A DNA stretch of 32,000 nt from Marinisporobacter balticus (GTDB lineage: Bacteria > Bacillota > Clostridia > Peptostreptococcales > Thermotaleaceae), in contig NZ_SLWV01000005.1 of the NCBI RefSeq assembly GCF_004345705.1, positions 130,966 to 162,965 on the forward strand, written 5' to 3'. The notes under the pieces were generated by a model that was not told the origin of the DNA, did not search any database, and worked only from the letters and a program-made list of their open reading frames with translations. Shown here in pieces: positions 10,703-17,848 of the stretch. The position numbers were made by a program, and so were the translations under genes. Numbering within the stretch: the stretch's first letter is position 1; every line of letters begins with the position of its first letter.

Positions 10703-10903
10703 TTTGTCACCTCTTTATTTAGGTATCCCTAAAAATAATATAAATAATTTATTTTTTTTTATTATCTATTAATTATAATATTTTTTATTATAATTTAATA
10801 GATATTTCGCATTTTATAAAAATTTAGTGATTTTAGTGCATGCATAATTTTAGCAATCTCTGCTTATATCTATTAGTATTCCAATATATCTGCAAACAAT
10901 AAC

Positions 10904-10930
10904 AAAACCCAGTAATCGCTACTGGGTTTT
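10904..10930 (-). terminator. Intrinsic terminator downstream of jag
   Basis: aaaacccagt / actgggtttt perfect 10-bp stem with a 7-nt loop, U-run on the minus strand. Confidence 0.75.
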
Positions 10931-10936
10931 TAAAAA

Positions 10937-11554
10937 TTATTTTGCTGCAATTACAACTTTTCTAAAAGGTTCTTCCCCTTGACTTTTTGTCTGTATATAG
11001 GGGTTACTTTGTAATGTTGAATGGATAATTCTTCTTTCATAAGGGTTCATCGGCTCAAGCACAATATCTTGCTTTTTTATTTTTACTTGGTTCGCTAACT
11101 TGTTTGCGAGCCTAATCAACGTTTGTTCTCTTTTTCTTCGATAATCTTCTGTGTCTAATACAACTCTTATATACTTGTCTCTCTGTTTATTAATTACAAG
11201 GCTTACTAAATATTGTATAGAATCTAAAGTCTGGCCTCTTCTACCTATTAGCACACCCATATCTTTTCCAAAAACTTCAATATATAAGGTTTCACCTTTT
11301 AATTTCGTTTTATATTTAGCTTCGATTTCCATATTTTCCAATACACTACTTAGAAAATTAACAGCATCTGATTCTGGACTATCTACAACTGTAACCTTTA
11401 CTTTTGCCAATCTTGTTCCAAACATACCTAAAAAGCCTCTGCTAGGTTCTTCTATTACGTCAATTGCTACCTTATCTTTTGCAACCCCTAATTCTTCAAG
11501 AGCATTTTTCACAGCTTCTTCTACAGTTTTTCCTGTTTTCTCTGTGAATTTCAT
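10937..11554 (-). CDS. jag: Jag/KhpB RNA-binding protein (Jag_N, KH and R3H domains)
   Basis: VIGRRGQTLDSIQYL (KH GxxG-type) and C-terminal ERRIIH (R3H). Conserved position after yidC. Confidence 0.9.
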   Translation of the reverse strand: MKFTEKTGKTVEEAVKNALEELGVAKDKVAIDVIEEPSRGFLGMFGTRLAKVKVTVVDSPESDAVNFLSSVLENMEIEAKYKTKLKGETLYIEVFGKDMGVLIGRRGQTLDSIQYLVSLVINKQRDKYIRVVLDTEDYRRKREQTLIRLANKLANQVKIKKQDIVLEPMNPYERRIIHSTLQSNPYIQTKSQGEEPFRKVVIAAK

Positions 11555-11555
11555 A

Positions 11556-12251
11556 TTATCTTAATTCCTCCTTAGCCGGTGCAGCTTTCGGCATAAAATA
11601 CTGCTGAATCATTTGGAAGGTATTACTTACAACCCAATATAATGTTAATCCTGCCGGAAAACTTCCTGCCCAATAAAAAATCATAAAAGGAAAGATCATA
11701 TTCATGGTTTTCATCGTTTGGTTTTGAGCAGCTGTTCCAGTACTTGCACTACTCATTGAGAAGTATGTTGTAATCGCTGCTAATATAGCACCTATGGATA
11801 AGGATAAATTCATTGGAAGTCTAGGTATTAAACTTGGATCTGGTAAACTTAAATTTGGTATCCATAGGAAGGATTCCTTTATGGCTGTAAGAAAAATAGG
11901 GTCTGAAATATACTGAATAGGTTGTCTTAGTAATGTGAATAGTCCGAATATTATTGGTATTTGAATCAATAGTGGTAAGCATCCACCCATTGGATTTATT
12001 TTATGTTCTTTATAAAGCTCCATCGTTTTAACATTTAGTTTTTCTTTATCATTTTTATACTTTTCTTGAAGCTTCTTAAGTTCCGGTTGTATTTGCGACA
12101 TTTCCCTTGTACTTTTGAGTTGTTTTATTGTTAGTGGCAATAGAATTAATTTTACAACAATTGTAAATAGTATGATGGACACACCATAACTTCCCACTAA
12201 TTTATACAATGCTAATAGAAGATACCCCATCGGTTTGGCTAAAAAACTCAT
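11556..12251 (-). CDS. yidC: Membrane protein insertase YidC/SpoIIIJ/OxaA
   Basis: Multi-TM protein with the conserved GCLPLLIQIPI and LYW motifs, in the rnpA-yidD-yidC-jag context. Confidence 0.9.
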   Translation of the reverse strand: MSFLAKPMGYLLLALYKLVGSYGVSIILFTIVVKLILLPLTIKQLKSTREMSQIQPELKKLQEKYKNDKEKLNVKTMELYKEHKINPMGGCLPLLIQIPIIFGLFTLLRQPIQYISDPIFLTAIKESFLWIPNLSLPDPSLIPRLPMNLSLSIGAILAAITTYFSMSSASTGTAAQNQTMKTMNMIFPFMIFYWAGSFPAGLTLYWVVSNTFQMIQQYFMPKAAPAKEELR

Positions 12252-12275
12252 TAAATTATTTACCCCCTATCGTAT

Positions 12276-12494
12276 CTATTTTAAAGGGTCATATCCTCCA
12301 CAGTGGAAGGGATGACATTTTAAAATTCGTCTTATGCTTATGATCGTGCCTTTGATTGCGCCATATTTTTCTAAAGCTTGTAACGCATATTGAGAACATG
12401 TCGGATAAAATCTACAAGTTGGTGGCTTTAAAGGTGAAATATACCTTCTATATATTTTCACCATCCCTATAAGGATCTCCTTCAAATTTCTCAC
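12276..12494 (-). CDS. yidD: Membrane protein insertion efficiency factor YidD
   Basis: [23 protein letters not shown] and GGYDP motifs. The start is ambiguous: GTG at 12494 abutting the rnpA stop, or ATG at 12464. Confidence 0.85.
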   Translation of the reverse strand: MRNLKEILIGMVKIYRRYISPLKPPTCRFYPTCSQYALQALEKYGAIKGTIISIRRILKCHPFHCGGYDPLK

Positions 12495-12830
12495 CTATTT
12501 CAATAATTTTGATTTTTTTAAGATATGCACCATTGCTTTTTCTACATCTCTATACGCTGCATCTTTCATATTTGCTCTTGCAATAAATATAAGGTCATAA
12601 CCTTTATCAACTTTTGAGCTATATAAACGAAAGCTTTCTTTCATCAATCTCCTCGATCTGTTTCTGACAACGCTGTTTCCTACTTTTTTGCTCGCAATAA
12701 ATCCTACTTGATTATATATTTGCTCTTTCTTCATATAGAATAGTACCAAGTATCTATTTGCTAATGAAGATCCCCTAGCATAAACCTTTTTGAAATCAGC
12801 CTTTTCTCTTAACCGCAACGTATCTTCCAT
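12495..12830 (-). CDS. rnpA: Ribonuclease P protein component
   Basis: Basic 111-aa protein carrying the RNR-type motif KKVGNSVVRNRSRRLMKE, directly downstream of rpmH. Confidence 0.9.
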   Translation of the reverse strand: MEDTLRLREKADFKKVYARGSSLANRYLVLFYMKKEQIYNQVGFIASKKVGNSVVRNRSRRLMKESFRLYSSKVDKGYDLIFIARANMKDAAYRDVEKAMVHILKKSKLLK

Positions 12831-12919
12831 AAATTTATCCTTCTTTCAAAATACAAAAAAAATTAGTACCCTTAGATAAAATAGCCTCTTTTATAGAAAA
12901 AGGCCACTTTATGCGGCCC

Positions 12920-13054
12920 TTATGCAGTCAAACTTTTTCTACCTTTTAATCTACGTTTTTTTAAAATATTTCTTCCTGCTTTACTGCTCATTCTTTTTCT
13001 AAATCCATGTTCTTTCTTTCTTTGTCTCTTTTTTGGTTGATAAGTCATTTTCAT
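12920..13054 (-). CDS. rpmH: 50S ribosomal protein L34
   Basis: Absent from the ORF track because it is only 44 aa. The minus strand reads [44 protein letters not shown], preceded by AAGGAGG. Confidence 0.95.
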   Translation of the reverse strand: MKMTYQPKKRQRKKEHGFRKRMSSKAGRNILKKRRLKGRKSLTA

Positions 13055-13131
13055 GTAGATACACCTCCTTCAAAAACTCATGTATATATTAAAATACCTA
13101 TACTTTACTAAAATTGAACATTTACTAAATA

Positions 13132-13160
13132 ATTATAACTTTGTATTGAAAATATGTCAA
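13132..13160 (-). promoter_or_regulatory. Sigma-A promoter of rpmH-rnpA
   Basis: Minus strand reads TTGACA-N17-TATAAT, both hexamers perfect, about 75 nt upstream of rpmH. Confidence 0.75.
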
Positions 13161-13182
13161 GAACCTTATTTAAATGACTTTT

Positions 13183-13562
13183 TGTGGATAAAATAATAAT
13201 AAAATACTTTTATTGTGGATAATTTTCTTCATATTATTGAAATTCTACAGCTTATTTGATATGATTAAATAAACTTGTTGATATGTGGAAAATTATTAAA
13301 CATATCCACTTTTATGCACAGTGTGTGGATAGTTCTGTGTATAACTTTTATAAGTAGCCTATACTTTCTTTTTTTTTCTATATATTTTTTTGTGTGTATA
13401 TTTTTTCTTGTCACTTTTAAAAATGTGTAAAACTTTCTATATGTTTTATTTTATTAAATAGATTATCCACAGAATTATTTATTTCCTCGTTTATAAAATT
13501 TATACAACAATCACTCATTTTTATAAATTCATCCACAATTTCTGTGGATATTTTGTGGATAT
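13183..13562. promoter_or_regulatory. oriC: oriC upstream DnaA-box cluster (rpmH-dnaA intergenic region)
   Basis: Perfect TTATCCACA/TGTGGATAA boxes at 13183-13191, 13214-13222 and 13463-13471. One-mismatch boxes at 13284, 13312, 13324, 13336, 13529, 13543 and 13554. Very AT-rich stretch at 13360-13460. Confidence 0.9.
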
Positions 13563-13641
13563 TTGCTTTATATCACTTAAAAAAATATTTTTCTTCTATA
13601 ATTTTACAATTTTTTTATCTCATTTTCAAGGAGGTTCGCTT

Positions 13642-14982
13642 ATGCGTACACATCTGTCCGAAATATGGCAAAAATCATTAGATTTAATCAAAACTGAACT
13701 AACAGAAGTTAGCTATAATACTTGGCTTAAACCTATAGAACCCTTATCTATAAACGGAAAAACGATCGTTTTAGCTGTTGCCAATGATTTTTCAAAGGGA
13801 ATCTTAGAAGCAAGATATGCAACACTCATTATTAATGCTATCAAACAAATCACTTCTGAAGAATTTAAATTAGTATTTACGGTCCCTGGCAGTGAAACCT
13901 ATTTAAAAGCTTCTCGAGCTCCCTCTAATAATGAAAATAATAAAGATTCATTTGATGCACTAAACCTAAATCCTAAATATGTTTTTGACACTTTTGTAAT
14001 CGGCAATAGTAATCGCTTTGCACACGCAGCATCCCTTGCAGTTGCTGAATCACCTGCAAAAGCATACAATCCTTTGTTTATATATGGAGGTGTTGGATTA
14101 GGCAAAACCCATCTAATGCATGCAATTGGACATTTTATACTCGGTCAAAATCCAAATTCAAAAGTTGTATATGTTTCCTCAGAAAAATTTACAAATGAAT
14201 TAATTAATTCTATTCGAGATGATAAAAATGTAGAGTTTCGAAATAAATATAGAAATGTAGATGTACTACTAGTAGACGATATTCAATTTATTGCTGGTAA
14301 AGAACGAACGCAAGAAGAATTTTTTCATACCTTCAATGCACTTCATGAATCAAATAAGCAAATTATTATCTCTAGTGACAGGCCTCCAAAAGAAATTCCT
14401 ACACTAGAAGATCGTCTACGTTCTAGATTCGAATGGGGACTCATTACAGATATTCAAGCACCCGATCTAGAAACAAGAATTGCTATTCTTCGTAAAAAAG
14501 CGGAAATTGAAGGGATCGATGTTCCCAACGAAGTCATGCATCATATTGCAAAGAAAATTCAATCCAATATTCGAGAATTAGAAGGTGCCTTAATACGAAT
14601 TGTTGCCTATTCTTCCCTTACGAATAAAGACGTAACAATAGACTTAGCAAGCGAAGCTTTAAAAGATATCTTTGCTTCTAGTAAGCCAAAACAAATTACG
14701 GTATCTCTTATTAAGGAAGTCGTATCCGAACACTTTTGTATTAAAATAGATGATTTTAATTCAAAACGTAGACCACGATCCATTGCTTTTCCAAGACAAA
14801 TTGCCATGTATTTGTGTAGAGAACTTACAGATTTATCTCTACCTAAAATTGGGGATGAATTTGGAGGAAGGGATCATACTACAGTAATTCATGCATATGA
14901 AAAAATTTCAAAAGATATTGTTTCAAATTCAGATATAAAAACAAAAATAGAAAATGCAATTAAAGATATTAGGGGTAAATAA
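13642..14982 (+). CDS. dnaA: Chromosomal replication initiator protein DnaA
   Basis: Walker [11 protein letters not shown], and DDIQF, box VII and C-terminal HTH motifs (DHTTVIHA). Start at the ATG at 13642 after AAGGAGG. The track start at 13555 is a GTG inside a DnaA box. Confidence 0.97.
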   Translation: MRTHLSEIWQKSLDLIKTELTEVSYNTWLKPIEPLSINGKTIVLAVANDFSKGILEARYATLIINAIKQITSEEFKLVFTVPGSETYLKASRAPSNNENNKDSFDALNLNPKYVFDTFVIGNSNRFAHAASLAVAESPAKAYNPLFIYGGVGLGKTHLMHAIGHFILGQNPNSKVVYVSSEKFTNELINSIRDDKNVEFRNKYRNVDVLLVDDIQFIAGKERTQEEFFHTFNALHESNKQIIISSDRPPKEIPTLEDRLRSRFEWGLITDIQAPDLETRIAILRKKAEIEGIDVPNEVMHHIAKKIQSNIRELEGALIRIVAYSSLTNKDVTIDLASEALKDIFASSKPKQITVSLIKEVVSEHFCIKIDDFNSKRRPRSIAFPRQIAMYLCRELTDLSLPKIGDEFGGRDHTTVIHAYEKISKDIVSNSDIKTKIENAIKDIRGK

Positions 14983-15053
14983 TGAACATACCTTTGTGTG
15001 TATCATCTTAATAATATGTTTGTAACTCTCAGATGATGAATTTTGTTTGAATA

Positions 15054-15214
15054 TGTGGATAAGTATCTACTAGATACCCACATCTTATTATTCTCTATAG
15101 TCAGATAAATTTCAACAGTTTTAGGGCTTATCCACAAATTCACAGGCCCTATTACTATTACTACTAAAAATTTATATTATTTATGTGTTATTATATAAAA
15201 GGAGGTTATCCACA
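15054..15214. promoter_or_regulatory. oriC: oriC downstream module (dnaA-dnaN spacer): DnaA boxes, GC cluster, DnaA-trios and AT-rich unwinding element
   Basis: Perfect boxes at 15054-15062 (TGTGGATAA), 15128-15136 and 15206-15214 (TTATCCACA). A degenerate box follows at 15136-15144, then GGCCC at 15145-15149. CTA TTA CTA TTA CTA CTA at 15149-15166 is 3'-GAT/AAT-5' on the complement. AT-rich tract at 15167-15200. Confidence 0.8.
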
Positions 15215-15215
15215 A

Positions 15216-16319
15216 ATGAAACTTATTTGCAATCAAAGAGTATTTTCTGCATGTATAAATACTGTTCAAAAAGCGGTATCATCCAAAACAACTTTACCTA
15301 TACTAAAAGGTATTTTAATAGCAACCTATGGACAACAATTAAAGTTAGTGGGTACAGATTTAGAAATTGGGATAGAAAATTATATAGATGCAGAAATACT
15401 ATCCCCAGGTGCTGTTGTTTTATCTTCAAGAATATTAGGAGATATCATTAGGAAATTACCTGATGCCGATATCGAAATCGAAGTAGATGACAATAATACA
15501 ACAACAATTAGATGTGAAAATTCAGAGTTTACATTGGTAGGGCAACCTGCCATTGAATTTCCAGAACTATCAAGAGTTGAAGAGGAAGAAGGTTATAGGC
15601 TTCCACAGGACCTTTTCAAAAACATGATCAAACAAACTGTATTTGCTACAGCAGTAGATGAAACAAGACCGATCCTTACAGGGGTATTAATGGAATTACA
15701 AGAAGAATCTATAAATATGGTTGCGTTAGATGGTTATAGATTAGCTTTAAGACAGGCAAATACAAGAAATAGTCACAATAATAAAGCAGTTATTCCTTCA
15801 AAAACATTAAATGAAATCAATAGAATATTATTAGAAGAAGAAAATACAGATGTTGAAATTTTCTTTACGGACAGACATGTTTTATTTAATATGAATAAAA
15901 TAAGAGTGATCTCAAGATTATTAGAAGGAGATTTTATAAATTATAAACAAATCATCCCCAAAGAATATAAAGTACGGGCAAAGGTGAACACAAAAAAATT
16001 ATTAAATAGTATGGAAAGAGCTTCATTGCTTGCAAAAGAAGGAAAAAACAATTTAGTGAAATTTTCTATAAGAGATGAAATAATGAATATTACCTCCAAC
16101 GCAGAAATAGGAAAAGTATTTGAATCTGTTTCTATAGAGTTAGAAGGAGAAGATATTGATATTGGTTTTAACTCGAAATATTTTCTAGAGGCATTAAAGA
16201 TTATAGATAGTGAAGAAATTTATTTAGAATTTACAACCAGTGTTAGCCCTTGTATTGTAAAACCGGTAGATCATAGTAATTATACATATCTTATATTACC
16301 CGTTAGACTTGTAGGATAA
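15216..16319 (+). CDS. dnaN: DNA polymerase III beta sliding clamp
   Basis: 367 aa, MKLICNQRVF..., typical three-domain beta clamp ending LILPVRL. Start at the ATG at 15216 after GGAGG. Confidence 0.95.
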   Translation: MKLICNQRVFSACINTVQKAVSSKTTLPILKGILIATYGQQLKLVGTDLEIGIENYIDAEILSPGAVVLSSRILGDIIRKLPDADIEIEVDDNNTTTIRCENSEFTLVGQPAIEFPELSRVEEEEGYRLPQDLFKNMIKQTVFATAVDETRPILTGVLMELQEESINMVALDGYRLALRQANTRNSHNNKAVIPSKTLNEINRILLEEENTDVEIFFTDRHVLFNMNKIRVISRLLEGDFINYKQIIPKEYKVRAKVNTKKLLNSMERASLLAKEGKNNLVKFSIRDEIMNITSNAEIGKVFESVSIELEGEDIDIGFNSKYFLEALKIIDSEEIYLEFTTSVSPCIVKPVDHSNYTYLILPVRLVG

Positions 16320-16322
16320 CAT

Positions 16323-16356
16323 AAAGGAGTGCTCGAATTTAAGAGCACTCCTTTTT
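16323..16356 (+). terminator. Intrinsic terminator or attenuator after dnaN
   Basis: aaaggagtgctc / gagcactccttt 12-bp stem with an 8-nt loop and a short T-run. Confidence 0.7.
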
Positions 16357-16379
16357 AAAAATATCTAGGAGGTTAAGGC

Positions 16380-16646
16380 ATGAAAAATAAAGAAAGATGG
16401 AGTAGATGGCGTACATATGGAAAAAGAAAATTTGTATTTTTCTATGCTTTATTTTGGGCTACCATTGTTTGTAGCCTTGGAATATGGATCAATGGATTTT
16501 TATTTCATGATTTCGATTTTGAACTTTCTATAATAAATATAGCTACTGAATTTTTAGCAAGATTTCCTTTTTTCTTTATAGGAGGAATAATTGTGGCTTT
16601 CAGTGTTTGGAAAGGAAATGAGAAAAAATACCAAAAGTATATTTAA
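16380..16646 (+). CDS. Small hypothetical membrane protein (two predicted TM helices)
   Basis: AGGAGG RBS 6-7 nt before the ATG. 88 aa with a basic N-terminus and two hydrophobic stretches. I recognise no family. Confidence 0.55.
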   Translation: MKNKERWSRWRTYGKRKFVFFYALFWATIVCSLGIWINGFLFHDFDFELSIINIATEFLARFPFFFIGGIIVAFSVWKGNEKKYQKYI

Positions 16647-16685
16647 TGATAATATCCATAAAATAAAAAAAGGAGTGGATGATTT

Positions 16686-16898
16686 ATGCAAGAATTAAAA
16701 ATTGAAGGAGAATATATACAATTAGACAAAGCACTTAAACTTGGAGAAATTGCACAAACAGGTGGACATGCTAAAATCCTTATACTAGAAGGCGAGGTAA
16801 AAGTGAATGGAGAGGTTGAATTAAGACGAGGAAAGAAATTAAGAGATGGAGATATTGTAGAGATAGACGGAGAGAAAATAATGATAAAGGGGATTTAA
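16686..16898 (+). CDS. yaaA: S4-domain RNA-binding protein YaaA
   Basis: 70-aa protein (IQLDKALKL...GGHAKILILEGEVKVNGEVELRRGKKLRDGDIV) in the conserved position after dnaN. Confidence 0.85.
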   Translation: MQELKIEGEYIQLDKALKLGEIAQTGGHAKILILEGEVKVNGEVELRRGKKLRDGDIVEIDGEKIMIKGI

Positions 16899-17110
16899 AT
16901 TTTTGTTTTAATCAGAAGAGCAGCATAAATATCATACTGAAACGAACAGAAAACCCCTTAGACGGCTTTTTTATAGCTATAGCATAAAGAAGCATGTCTA
17001 ATATTTTTCATGTCTAAAAACAGCTCAAGGGAAGTCAAAAAACATTTTCTAGCATGTCTATAAAATATATTGTATGATTAAAATAAAATAATCATAAAGG
17101 GGAGATTTTC

Positions 17111-17392
17111 ATGTTTAAAGTAAATGAATATTTTGATGGGAAAGTAAAATCTATGATCTTTAACCCAAGTGAAGGTCCTGCTACTATCGGGGTAATGGCA
17201 GTTGGTGAATATGAATTTGGTACATCTACTAAAGAAATTATGACAGTTACAAATGGGAAAATGTCTGTAAAACTTCCTGGAGAAAATGAATGGAAAGAAT
17301 TTAAGCAAAATGAAACATTTATTGTAGAAGCAAATCAAAAATTTCAAGTAACTGTTCTAGAAGAAACATCATATCTGTGCTTATATAAATAA
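17111..17392 (+). CDS. ppnP: Pyrimidine/purine nucleoside phosphorylase PpnP (YaiE, DUF1255)
   Basis: [10 protein letters not shown]...[13 protein letters not shown]...TSYLCLYK aligns along its full length with my memory of E. coli YaiE/PpnP. 93 aa. AAAGGGGAG RBS. Confidence 0.85.
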   Translation: MFKVNEYFDGKVKSMIFNPSEGPATIGVMAVGEYEFGTSTKEIMTVTNGKMSVKLPGENEWKEFKQNETFIVEANQKFQVTVLEETSYLCLYK

Positions 17393-17396
17393 TAAG

Positions 17397-17428
17397 GAAA
17401 TGTGATTCTTAAGGATCACATTTTTATT
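17397..17428 (+). terminator. Intrinsic terminator after ppnP
   Basis: tgtgattc-ttaa-ggatcaca hairpin followed by TTTTT. Confidence 0.7.
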
Positions 17429-17461
17429 GAAGAGGCATATAATAATAGTGAAATAAAGAAT

Positions 17462-17568
17462 AATAAAGGGGAGTAGTTCACAAAACATCTGCTTTGTCCA
17501 CTGGCTGCAACATACTGGTGAAAATACCCGCTTCAGTGCAAGTTTTATCTTGGAACGAGACCTTTATT
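17462..17568 (+). ncRNA. yybP-ykoY (Mn2+-sensing) riboswitch-like aptamer
   Basis: 5' AATAAAGG-GGAGUAG (GGGGAGTAG at 17468-17476) and 3' ACGAGACCTTTATT (17555-17568) match the conserved L1 and 3' elements of the family. They can also close an 8-bp P1 (AATAAAGG/CCTTTATT). Internal CACUG/CAGUG pairing is possible. The call is from remembered consensus only. Confidence 0.65.
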
Positions 17569-17619
17569 TTAAGAGCACAAATATTTTGATGCTCTTAAAA
17601 TAAAGGTCTTATTTATTTT
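17558..17619 (+). terminator. Riboswitch expression-platform terminator
   Basis: Perfect 19-bp stem agacctttattttaagagc / gctcttaaaataaaggtct followed by TATTTATTTT. Its 5' arm contains the P1 3' strand, so P1 and the terminator are mutually exclusive (ON-switch logic). Confidence 0.75.
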
Positions 17620-17646
17620 CAATAAATAAGTAAAAGGAGGAATAGT

Positions 17647-17814
17647 ATGTTATCGCCACCATCTGTTGTAAAAGCTTTAAGAAAACTTAATCAGAATATA
17701 TATATAGAATATAAACGATATGAAGGGGTTTATTTAACAGAAGCTATAGAAAAATTTTTGGATTTCTATAAAAATAGGGAAGATACGCATTGGAGTGAAG
17801 CAATTGATCAATAA
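17647..17814 (+). CDS. Orphan 55-aa soluble protein downstream of the riboswitch-like leader
   Basis: Not in the ORF track. AAAGGAGG sits 6 nt before the ATG. Translation: MLSPPSVVKALRKLNQNIYIEYKRYEGVYLTEAIEKFLDFYKNREDTHWSEAIDQ. No TM segment and no recognisable family. Confidence 0.5.
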   Translation: MLSPPSVVKALRKLNQNIYIEYKRYEGVYLTEAIEKFLDFYKNREDTHWSEAIDQ

Positions 17815-17848
17815 AAAAAAACACGAAAAAGTGTGTTTCTTTCTATTT

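Noticed and set aside
13555-13641. 87-nt N-terminal extension of dnaA in the ORF track ([10 protein letters not shown]...)
   Set aside because: It starts at a GTG inside a DnaA box, has no RBS, and encodes low-complexity hydrophobic residues. The ATG at 13642 follows AAGGAGG and begins the conserved DnaA N-terminus.
15183-15215. Extended dnaN start (MCYYIKGGYPQ) and the overlapping 15185..15451 ORF
   Set aside because: The extension covers the AT-rich unwinding tract, the SD and a DnaA box. The ATG at 15216 has GGAGG at proper spacing. The alternate-frame ORF is embedded in dnaN with no support.
17010-17023. Reading the exact 14-mer ATGTCTAAAAACAG (also at 20639-20652) as a target-site duplication of a mobile element
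   Set aside because: No transposase, integrase or terminal inverted repeats are present. By a rough estimate, exact 14-mers recur by chance in 32 kb of roughly 70% AT sequence. It is kept only as a caveated observation in the insertion finding.
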